From positions 4,859 through 68,858 of the forward strand of contig JAZKFB010000053.1 in NCBI GenBank assembly GCA_040386695.1: a DNA stretch of 64,000 nucleotides, written 5' to 3'. A program made the position numbers and the translations under genes. This stretch comes from Verrucomicrobiota bacterium (lineage in GTDB: Bacteria > Verrucomicrobiota > Verrucomicrobiia > Verrucomicrobiales > V1-33). How positions within the stretch are numbered: the stretch's first letter is position 1; each line of letters opens with the position of its first letter. Below are positions 37,305-45,220 of this stretch, in pieces. The notes below the pieces were generated by a model that saw only the letters and a program-made list of their open reading frames with translations, ran no database searches and was not told where the DNA came from.

Positions 37305-38450
37305 TTAGGGGGTGGAGGGGGATTTACAGGCGCTGTATCGGGACAAAAAAGCCGCGCGGTACGCGGCGAACTCCCCCGCCTCCAGCGCCTCACGGGCGCG
37401 GCGGACAAGGGACTGGTAGAAATGCAGATTATGCAGACAAATCAACCTTAATCCCAGGATTTCCCCGGCGCGGTAAAGATGGCGGATATAGGAGCGGCTG
37501 AAATTCTCCGTCAGCGGATGGCTGCAGTCGGCGTCCAGCGGGCCGTGATCGAACTCAAAACGCTTCGATTTGATGTGAATCGGCCCGTCGCTGGTGTAGG
37601 CCGTGCCATGCCTTGCCAGCCGGGTCGGGAGCACGCAGTCGAACATGTCGATGCCCCGCGCGATCATTTCCAGAATCTGCGGCGGTGTGCCCAATCCCAT
37701 GGCGTAGCGCGGTTTATGCGCCGGAAGATGCGGCGTGCTGTGCTCAATGGCGCGCATCATTTCGTCCTCCGGCTCGCCCACGCTGACCCCGCCGACCGCG
37801 TAACCGTCGAAATCCATGGCCGCCAGCTCCTTCGCCGCCCGCTCCCGCAGCCGGGGGTAACCGCTGCCCTGCACGATGCCAAAATGGTGCTGCCGCGCGC
37901 CAGTGTCGGTCTTCGGCTCATGCTTTGTGATCCATTCCTTGCAGCGCAGCGCCCAGCGCATGGTCAGATCGAGGCTTTTCTCCGCCTCCCGCTCGCCGCA
38001 GGGCCACGGCGGGCACTCGTCGAAAAGCATGGCGATATCCGAGCCCAGCACCGCCTGGATCTCCATGGAGGTCTCCGGGCCGATGAAACATTTCGACCCG
38101 TCGAGGTGACTCTGAAAATGCACTCCCTCCTCCTTCACCTTCCGCAGTTTGGCCAGGGAGAAGACCTGAAATCCCCCGCTGTCGGTCAGAATCGGCCGTT
38201 TCCACTGGCTGAAGCGGTGCAGGCTTCCAAAAGAGCGGATCACCTCCAGTCCCGGCCGCAGATTCAGGTGATAGGTGTTTCCCAGAATAATCTGCGCGCC
38301 CACCGCCTCCAGTTCCGCGGGCGAACAGGCCTTCACCGTCCCCTGAGTCCCCACCGGCATGAAAGCGGGCGTCTCCACCACGCCATGCGGCAGCGTCAGC
38401 CGCCCTCGGCGGGCCTGGGAATCGGAGTCGGTGGAAAGCAGCTCAAACAT
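37305..38450 (-). CDS. tgt: tRNA-guanine transglycosylase (queuine tRNA-ribosyltransferase)
   Basis: MFELLSTDSDSQARRGRLTLPHGVVETPAFMPVGTQGTVK, LGNTYHL, LTDSGGFQVFSL, MGLGTP, DMFDCVLPTR. The start is placed at Met 38450, which matches the usual Tgt N-terminus (the track ORF begins 9 codons earlier). Confidence 0.95.
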   Translation of the reverse strand: MFELLSTDSDSQARRGRLTLPHGVVETPAFMPVGTQGTVKACSPAELEAVGAQIILGNTYHLNLRPGLEVIRSFGSLHRFSQWKRPILTDSGGFQVFSLAKLRKVKEEGVHFQSHLDGSKCFIGPETSMEIQAVLGSDIAMLFDECPPWPCGEREAEKSLDLTMRWALRCKEWITKHEPKTDTGARQHHFGIVQGSGYPRLRERAAKELAAMDFDGYAVGGVSVGEPEDEMMRAIEHSTPHLPAHKPRYAMGLGTPPQILEMIARGIDMFDCVLPTRLARHGTAYTSDGPIHIKSKRFEFDHGPLDADCSHPLTENFSRSYIRHLYRAGEILGLRLICLHNLHFYQSLVRRAREALEAGEFAAYRAAFLSRYSACKSPSTP

Positions 38451-38682
38451 GATGCGGCCTTCCCCGTGCCGGGCCACTCCGCCCCTTGCAAGGGAAAAGC
38501 GGGCGCGGCCCGGAGTTCTGTTAACTCCGGATTCCGGGGGGACAGGCCACGGATTTCACGGATATAACAGATGCCCGCGGATTCATCCGGAGTTTTCAGC
38601 GCCTCATCCCCGGGCGGGATTCCTTTTGGCCATAAATCCGTGATATCTGTCTCATCCATGGCCCGTCTTTTCCACGGCCGGC

Positions 38683-38985
38683 TCAGGCGAAGTCGTAGAT
38701 GACCGCCCGTTCGCACAGTGGTTTGAAGACTTTCTCCACGAACTCCAGATGCGTGGGATGCACCTGATACGCATCCTCCGCGGCTTTGTCGGTGAAGATG
38801 ACGTTGAGCGCGACCTGATACGACTGGTCCACGATCGGCCGGTGGCTGGGCACCATTTTGCCGGCGTGGAAATTCACAACGCCCGGAAGGTCCTTTAAAT
38901 ACTGGTGGCAGCCGGCGAGCAGTTCATCGGCGGCACCGGCGGGGGCGTCCGGTTTAACAAAGAAAATCACAACGTGGCTGAGCAT
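38683..38985 (-). CDS. Dabb (stress-responsive alpha/beta barrel) family protein
   Basis: MLSHVVIFFVKPDAP...YLKDLPGVVNFHAGK...YQVALNVIFTDKAAEDAYQVHPTHLEFV. Start chosen at Met 38985 (track ORF begins at 39021). Confidence 0.8.
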   Translation of the reverse strand: MLSHVVIFFVKPDAPAGAADELLAGCHQYLKDLPGVVNFHAGKMVPSHRPIVDQSYQVALNVIFTDKAAEDAYQVHPTHLEFVEKVFKPLCERAVIYDFA

Positions 38986-39144
38986 GGCGGAAGGCATTCC
39001 ACCGCCCGCGTCCACCCGCAAGCCAGGAATTCCGAAGCCGTCATTTTCCGGAAAAAGTTGGTTGGATCACTCTGAAGCCCGCGCCTTAGTCAGTCCGGCT
39101 GCCGGCTGGCACGCCGCCTGCCTCTTTTCCCGCCGCTGCTACCC

Positions 39145-40224
39145 ATGGTTTCGATCATCATCCGCAATCTGACCAAATATTTCGGCGCCACGGTGGCTCT
39201 CGACAACGTCAGCCTCACCATTGAGCCGGGCGAAATGTTCTTCCTCCTCGGCCCGAGCGGGTGCGGAAAAACCACGCTGCTGCGGCATATCGCGGGATTT
39301 TACACTCCGGACAAAGGCCAGCTGCTTTTTGGGGAACGCGACCTCACGCACGTTCCGCCTCATAAGCGGAACACCGCCATGATGTTCCAGAGTTACGCCC
39401 TCTGGCCGCACCTCACCGTCGGTGAAAACGTGGCTTTCGGCCTCCAGGAGCGGAAACTTCCCCGCGCCGAGGTCGAAAAACGGGTGCAGGAAGGACTCCA
39501 GATGGTCCGCATGGGCCACCTCGCGGACCGGAAAATCAATCAGCTTTCCGGCGGCCAGCAGCAGCGCGTCGCCCTCGCCCGGTCCATCGCCGTCCGCCCG
39601 GACGCCCTGCTGCTTGACGAGCCGCTTTCCAATCTCGACGCCAAGCTCCGCTTGGAAATGCGCTCGGAAATCCGCCGGATCTGCAAGGAATTCGGAGTCA
39701 CGGCGGTGTATGTGACTCACGATCAGAAGGAGGCGCTGCATCTTGCGGACCGCATGGCGGTGATGGAAAAAGGGGTCATCAGCCAGGTCGGCAGTCCCCG
39801 CGAAGTCTTCCGCTCCCCGCGCACCGGCTCCGTGGCCTCTTTCATCGGCGAGGCCAATTTCCTCCCCGCCGAACTCGTCGCTCCGGCCGGCCAGGGCGCG
39901 TCCTGGACCGTCCGCACCGTCCACGGGCCCTTCACCGGCCGTCTCACGGATCCTGACTGGCGGCCCGCCGCCGGGGAAAATGTCATCCTTTGCCTCCGGC
40001 CGGAATCCCTGCGCCTCACCAGCGGTCCCGCCGGCGCCAATCTCCTCACCGGGAGGCTTATCGAATCCATCTATCTCGGCGAACTCGCCCAGTACACCGT
40101 CCGCGACAGCGCGGGCACGAATTTCCTCATCTCCGAACTCAACCCCGCCGACCTCCGCCCCGCCGACAAATCCCAGGTCTCCGTCGCCGTGAATCCGGAT
40201 GATGTCATGATCCTGCGGGTCTGA
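39145..40224 (+). CDS. ABC transporter ATP-binding protein (Fe3+/polyamine importer type, PotA/FbpC-like)
   Basis: Walker A GPSGCGKTT, Q-loop MMFQSYALWPH, signature LSGGQQQRVALAR, Walker B LLLDEPLSNLD, C-terminal regulatory-type domain. Confidence 0.9.
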   Translation: MVSIIIRNLTKYFGATVALDNVSLTIEPGEMFFLLGPSGCGKTTLLRHIAGFYTPDKGQLLFGERDLTHVPPHKRNTAMMFQSYALWPHLTVGENVAFGLQERKLPRAEVEKRVQEGLQMVRMGHLADRKINQLSGGQQQRVALARSIAVRPDALLLDEPLSNLDAKLRLEMRSEIRRICKEFGVTAVYVTHDQKEALHLADRMAVMEKGVISQVGSPREVFRSPRTGSVASFIGEANFLPAELVAPAGQGASWTVRTVHGPFTGRLTDPDWRPAAGENVILCLRPESLRLTSGPAGANLLTGRLIESIYLGELAQYTVRDSAGTNFLISELNPADLRPADKSQVSVAVNPDDVMILRV

Positions 40225-40230
40225 AAAAAT

Positions 40231-40440
40231 CTGAACAGAAGTTCGAAGGACAGAAAGAGAAAGGAGAGGAATTCGAACAGAAGAAAGCAAAGACAGCGAA
40301 GACAAGGCAGGCTGCCCAATTCTCCGAGTATAAAGCCCGGCAATATTCTCTCCCCCCCTTCCCTCCTGAATTTTTTGCCTCCTCCGCTTCCTTTTGTTCA
40401 AATCCCTCTTTCTGTCCTCCGCGACCTTCTGTTCCAATCC
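40231..40440. repeat. large imperfect palindrome of the GAACAGAAG family filling the ATPase/binding-protein spacer
   Basis: Exact complementary pairs are 40233-40241 / 40426-40434 (GAACAGAAG / CTTCTGTTC) and 40247-40259 / 40406-40418 (AGGACAGAAAGAG / CTCTTTCTGTCCT). The inner pair GGAATTCGAACAGAAGAAAGC / GCTTCCTTTTGTTCAAATCC is about 80 percent complementary. Confidence 0.65.
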
Positions 40441-40448
40441 TCCTCCCC

Positions 40449-42056
40449 ATGGGCCGCTATTTTGCCGTTTTTCTCGCGCTGATCGCCGTGATCGCCGCCC
40501 CGGTGCTCATGAAGCCGGCGACCAGCGTCCGCACCCGGGATTTTGCGGAGAAGGACCGGCTGGTGATCATCACCCCGCATGTCGAGTCCATCCGTTACGA
40601 GTTCGAGATCGCCTTCCAGCGCTGGATGAAGGAAAAGCACGGCCGCAGCGTGGTCATCGACTGGCGGGTCCCCGGCGGCACCAGTGAAATCGCGAAAGTC
40701 GTCGCCAGTGAATATCAGGCCGGGCTGGAGGTTTACTGGAAACGCCAGCGCTCCGACCCCTGGGATGACAGTTACGGCCGCGAATTCATGGAGGCCACCA
40801 GCAAATCCGAAGCCCGCGCCGTCTGGCTGGCATCCGATGTCGGGATTGGAATGGACCTCTTTTTCGGGGGCGGGGTGCCCGATTTTTCAGACATGAAAAA
40901 GAAAGGCTGCCTCGTTCCCGGCGACGCCAAAGCCGGCACCGGCGTGGCCGGAGTGAAGGCCGCGCATCCCGACTGGTTCAGCGACAAGGCCATCCCCGCC
41001 AAATGGGCCGGGGAAACCTACATCGATCCCGATCTCGCCTGGGTTGGCGCCTGCCTCTCGTCCTTCGGCATCTGCTACAACCTTGACTTCCACCAACGCC
41101 GCCACATTGCCGCGCTTCCCCGGCAGTGGGTGGATCTGACGAATCCCGTTTACGAAAATCAGGTCGCGCTCGCCGACCCCGGCAAAAGCGGCACCGTGGT
41201 CAAAATGCTGGAGACCATCCTTCAGCAGGCCATGCAGAAGGCCGCCAGCGGCGCCGCCACGCCCGAGGCCAAAAAAGCCGCCTGGGACGAGGGCTGGCTT
41301 CAGGGGCTTTCCACCATTCAGCGCATCGGGGCCAACGCCCGTTACTGGACTGACAGCTCCACCAAAATCCCCCTCGACGTCAGCCATGGCGAGGCCGCCG
41401 CCGGCATGTGCATCGACTTTTACGCCCGCAATTTCATCGAGCGTCTGGAGCAGGCCAACGGCCACAGCCGCCTCGGCTTCACCCTCCCCATCGGCGGCAC
41501 CACGCCCAGCGTCGATCCCATCGGCATGTTCCGCGGAGCCCCGAATCCGGAGCTGGCGACCCGCTTCATCGAGTTCACGCTGAGCATGGAGGGCCAGCGC
41601 CTCTGGGGGTATAAAACCGGCACGCGCGGCGGCCCGGTGAACTCCGCTCTCCGCCGTCTGCCCCTGCGCCGTGATTATTACGTTTCCGAAAATCTCGAAT
41701 CCGCCAGCGATCCGGAAATTCTCCCCTTCGCCGCCGGCACCGCTTTGGTTTACGACGCCTCGCTCACCGGCGGGAGCTTCGCCGCCATCCGGCTCGTCAT
41801 CCGCGCCATGTGCCTCGACACCCACGAGGAACTCAAGGAGGCTTGGTCCGCCCTCATCGAAAACAAATTCCCCCCGCAGGCCACCGCCGCCTTCGGCAGC
41901 CTCCACACCATCAACCGCGCCAACGTCACCGGCAGCATCGCCAACACCCTGAAACAGGGCAACAAACTCGTCGCCGCCGAACTCAGCCGCAGCCTCGCCC
42001 AGCAGTTCCGGCTTCAGTATCAGCATGTCACCGGCCTCGCGCGGCGGGGGCTGTGA
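40449..42056 (+). CDS. ABC transporter substrate-binding protein (family-1 solute-binding, iron/polyamine type, unusually long)
   Basis: N-terminal anchor/signal MGRYFAVFLALIAVIAAPVLM and a soluble 500-aa body. It lies between the ATPase and permease genes of one operon. Confidence 0.75.
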   Translation: MGRYFAVFLALIAVIAAPVLMKPATSVRTRDFAEKDRLVIITPHVESIRYEFEIAFQRWMKEKHGRSVVIDWRVPGGTSEIAKVVASEYQAGLEVYWKRQRSDPWDDSYGREFMEATSKSEARAVWLASDVGIGMDLFFGGGVPDFSDMKKKGCLVPGDAKAGTGVAGVKAAHPDWFSDKAIPAKWAGETYIDPDLAWVGACLSSFGICYNLDFHQRRHIAALPRQWVDLTNPVYENQVALADPGKSGTVVKMLETILQQAMQKAASGAATPEAKKAAWDEGWLQGLSTIQRIGANARYWTDSSTKIPLDVSHGEAAAGMCIDFYARNFIERLEQANGHSRLGFTLPIGGTTPSVDPIGMFRGAPNPELATRFIEFTLSMEGQRLWGYKTGTRGGPVNSALRRLPLRRDYYVSENLESASDPEILPFAAGTALVYDASLTGGSFAAIRLVIRAMCLDTHEELKEAWSALIENKFPPQATAAFGSLHTINRANVTGSIANTLKQGNKLVAAELSRSLAQQFRLQYQHVTGLARRGL

Positions 42057-42168
42057 AAACGGTTCCGGTCATGGCCAGCCCCGAACCCGCCGCCACAGCC
42101 GGACAAAGTCCGCACGCCAATTCCCATAACCAGTAACTTTTTCTTTCCTCTTCCTTTTCCTTTTCCTC

Positions 42169-43863
42169 ATGCGCCGCCTCATCCCCTACACCTTCATGCT
42201 CATCCTCCTGGCGGTGATGGGGGCGTTTTTTGTATATCCGATCTGGAACACGGTGCAGGAGGCTTTCCGGAAACCGGGCGGCGGCTGGACCCTGGAGTAT
42301 GTCGGGCAGATTTTCGGAAATCCGATTTACCGCGAGGGCCTGATCAATGCGCTGAAAATGGCGGCGGGGAGCACCGTGGGAGCCCTGATCCTGGCGCTGC
42401 CGCTGGCGGTGCTGAGCGCGCGTTACACCTTTCCCGGAAAAGGAATTCTGAGTTCCCTGCTGCTGGTGCCGCTGATTCTGCCGCCGTTTGTGGGGACCAT
42501 CGGGATCAAGGAGGTGATGGGTCAGCACGGAGCCCTGAATTCCCTGTTTTTCCCCGGCCTCATTGCCAGCGGCCATCCGCCGGACTGGCTGGGCACGGGG
42601 CGGCTGGTGGGCGTCATCATGATGAATGCGCTGCATCTGTATCCCATTCTGTATCTGAATATTGCGGCTTCCCTGGCGAATCTGGACCCCGCGCTGGACG
42701 AGGCGGCGGAAAATCTGGGCTGCCCGCCCTGGCGGCGGTTCTGGAAAATCACCCTGCCGCTGGCCATGCCGGGAATTTTTGCCGGAGCCTCCATCGTCTT
42801 CATCTGGGGCTTCACGGAGCTGGGGGTGCCGCTGATGTTTGATTATTCCCGGGTGACCTCCGTCCAGATTTTCGACGGCATCAAGGACCTCGGCGGCAAT
42901 CCCCTGCCCTACGCTCTGGTGGCGGTGATGCTGGTGGCCAGCGTGCTGATTTTCATCCTCAGCAAATTCCTCTTCGGCCGTTCCGACTTCGCGGGCAGCG
43001 GCCGGGCGGGCATGTCGGCGCAGACGCCGGTGCTGGGCGGCGGCAAGGGCTGGCTGGTCACGCTCGGCTTCGGTCTGGTGATCCTGCTCGCGGTGATACC
43101 TCACCTTGGCGTCACCCTGGCCTCCTTCGCCACGGACTGGAATGACACGGCGCTGCCCTCGGGCTTCACGCTCCAGCATTACCGCGATGCCCTGAGCCAC
43201 GGGCTCACGGTGCCCTCGATCATCAACAGTCTGAAATACGCCGGCCTTGCCACCCTCGTGGATGTCGCCCTCGGCGTGACCATCGCCTGGATCACCGTGC
43301 GCACCAGACTGCCGGGCCGCCACCTTCTTGATTCCCTAGCCATGCTGCCGATTGCGGTGCCGGGACTGGTGCTGGCGTTCGGTTATCTGGCCATGACGCG
43401 GGACGGCCAGCCCTTCCATTTTCTCATCGGGGCCAACGGTGACCCTTACTGGATCATCGTCATCGCCTACGCCATGCGCCGCCTGCCCTACGTTGTCCGC
43501 AGCGCCAGCGCCGGGTTGCAGCAGACCAGCGTGAGTCTGGAGGAGGCCGCGCGGAATCTCGGGGCCTCACCCTTCCGCACCCTGCGGAAAATCACCCTGC
43601 CCCTCATTGGCGCCAACCTCCTGGCCGGGGCTCTGCTGGCCTTCGCGTTTGGAATGCTGGAGGTTTCCGACAGCCTGATCCTGGCGCAGAAGGGCGAGCA
43701 TTTCCCGATCACCAAAGCCATCTACAACCTCAACAGCGCCCTCGGCAACGGCGAGGCCCTGGCCTCCGCGCTGGGCGTCTGGGCCATGGTGTTTCTGACC
43801 ATCACGCTGATCGGCACGGGGATGCTGCTGGGGAAAAAGATGGGGGCGCTTTTCCGGGCGTGA
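42169..43863 (+). CDS. ABC transporter permease with two fused transmembrane domains (FbpB/ThiP-like)
   Basis: Two EAA-loop motifs, LDEAAENLGCPPWRRFWKITLPL and LEEAARNLGASPFRTLRKITLPL. About 12 hydrophobic segments. Confidence 0.85.
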   Translation: MRRLIPYTFMLILLAVMGAFFVYPIWNTVQEAFRKPGGGWTLEYVGQIFGNPIYREGLINALKMAAGSTVGALILALPLAVLSARYTFPGKGILSSLLLVPLILPPFVGTIGIKEVMGQHGALNSLFFPGLIASGHPPDWLGTGRLVGVIMMNALHLYPILYLNIAASLANLDPALDEAAENLGCPPWRRFWKITLPLAMPGIFAGASIVFIWGFTELGVPLMFDYSRVTSVQIFDGIKDLGGNPLPYALVAVMLVASVLIFILSKFLFGRSDFAGSGRAGMSAQTPVLGGGKGWLVTLGFGLVILLAVIPHLGVTLASFATDWNDTALPSGFTLQHYRDALSHGLTVPSIINSLKYAGLATLVDVALGVTIAWITVRTRLPGRHLLDSLAMLPIAVPGLVLAFGYLAMTRDGQPFHFLIGANGDPYWIIVIAYAMRRLPYVVRSASAGLQQTSVSLEEAARNLGASPFRTLRKITLPLIGANLLAGALLAFAFGMLEVSDSLILAQKGEHFPITKAIYNLNSALGNGEALASALGVWAMVFLTITLIGTGMLLGKKMGALFRA

Positions 43864-44188
43864 ATTTTCCCCCGGATTCCGGGAGACCGCTGACGAAGGT
43901 GATATTATTCCCCTTTGGAAACAGGGTGGATCGGGAACTGTGGAGACTTTGGACTTCGGAGACTTGTCTCCGCTTTCACCAGCGGGGCTTGCCCCGCGCC
44001 CGGCGCGCCTGAGTCTCATCCGCGGGCTGGGCGGAAATTCACACGACGGAGGCAAGCCGCCCCCGCTCCGGCTCCCTCTGTTTCCCGAAGGATAGAGCCT
44101 GATAATAGAGACGGGCTGATAGATCAGGGTTCTGAGGGAGCGTTGCCCGGCCCTGCCCGGCAATGGCTTCCTCAGCCAGCCTGCGGCG

Positions 44189-45148
44189 GTGTGGTTTCCC
44201 ATTTTTCCTTTTATGCTCCGGCGATCCGTCCTTTCCCTTCTTCTGCTACTGACTCCCTGCTCCCCGCTGCGTGCGGAGGAAAAAAAACCGGGCGACTTCG
44301 TGTTCATCGACAATGGGGAAATCCGCCTCGGCGTCCGCACCGGTTCGGGCGCGGGCATCGGCTGGTTTTCCGCCGGCGCGGACGGAAAAAATCTTCTGGA
44401 TCACTGGGACCACGGCCGCCTTGTGCAGCAATCCTATTACGGCAAACACGACGGAACCTTCTGGGTCAAACAGCCCTGGACCTGGAATCCGGTGCAGGGC
44501 GGCGACTGGAAAGGCGGCCCCGCCAAAGTGCTGGAGCTGAAAGCGGAAAAAACCTCCCTTTACGCCAGAACCATGGGCCGTCACTGGTCCGGCTGCGTGG
44601 ATCTGCCGGAGGCGGTTTTTGAGGAATGGATCACCCTGGAGGGCAGGCTGGCGAAAATCAAATTCCGCTTCACCTACTCCGGCACGGAATCCCATCCCGA
44701 ACAAAGTCAGGAGATTCCCGCCATGTTCACGGAGCCTCACCTGACCACCCTGGTGCTCTATGACGGCGACAAGCCCTGGACCGGCGGCCCCGTCACCCGC
44801 TCCCAGCCGGGCTGGCCCAATGAAAGCCGCAAGCCCACCGAAAAATGGGCCGCCTGGGTGGGAGCGGACGACCGGGGCATCGGCATCCACGTTCCGGTCA
44901 TGGAAAACCTGACCTGTTACCGCTTCGGCAAAAACCCTGACGCCAGGGGAGCCTGCTCCTACTGCGCGCCGCTGATCCGCTTCGCCATCACGCCGGGCAA
45001 AGTCTTTGAATACGAGGCCTGGCTGACGCTGGGCAGCGTGGAGGAAATCCGCGCCGCCTTCGCCGGACTCCAGCCCCCCGCCGCCGGAAAGACACCGCCG
45101 GCACCCGCTCCACCCGTTACTCGGGCGGCACCGTCCACTGAAAAATAG
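44189..45148 (+). CDS. secreted hypothetical protein (319 aa)
   Basis: Signal peptide (MLRRSVLSLLLLLTPCSPLRA, with a possible start at 44213). Trp/Tyr-rich globular composition and a Pro-rich tail. No motif I recognise. Confidence 0.6.
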   Translation: MWFPIFPFMLRRSVLSLLLLLTPCSPLRAEEKKPGDFVFIDNGEIRLGVRTGSGAGIGWFSAGADGKNLLDHWDHGRLVQQSYYGKHDGTFWVKQPWTWNPVQGGDWKGGPAKVLELKAEKTSLYARTMGRHWSGCVDLPEAVFEEWITLEGRLAKIKFRFTYSGTESHPEQSQEIPAMFTEPHLTTLVLYDGDKPWTGGPVTRSQPGWPNESRKPTEKWAAWVGADDRGIGIHVPVMENLTCYRFGKNPDARGACSYCAPLIRFAITPGKVFEYEAWLTLGSVEEIRAAFAGLQPPAAGKTPPAPAPPVTRAAPSTEK

Positions 45149-45184
45149 GTCCTATAGGACTTATATGCCCTATAGGACCTATTT
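45143..45184. terminator. hairpin (GGTCCTATAGG-type repeat) between convergent genes, probable bidirectional terminator
   Basis: 45143-45158 AAATAGGTCCTATAGG is the exact reverse complement of 45169-45184 CCTATAGGACCTATTT, with a 10-nt loop. The left arm overlaps the stop codon at 45146-45148. Confidence 0.6.
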
Positions 45185-45220
45185 CCCCCCTTTCGAAAAC
45201 AGCGCTCAAACACTCAAAGC

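Noticed and set aside
43915-44622. Track ORF of 235 aa spanning the permease/hypothetical-gene spacer, and ORF 54712-55038 (108 aa) in the large non-coding gap
   Set aside because: Arg/Pro/Gly-rich low-complexity translations. The first overlaps the well-supported signal-peptide gene at 44189 in another frame. Neither has a motif or plausible start context.
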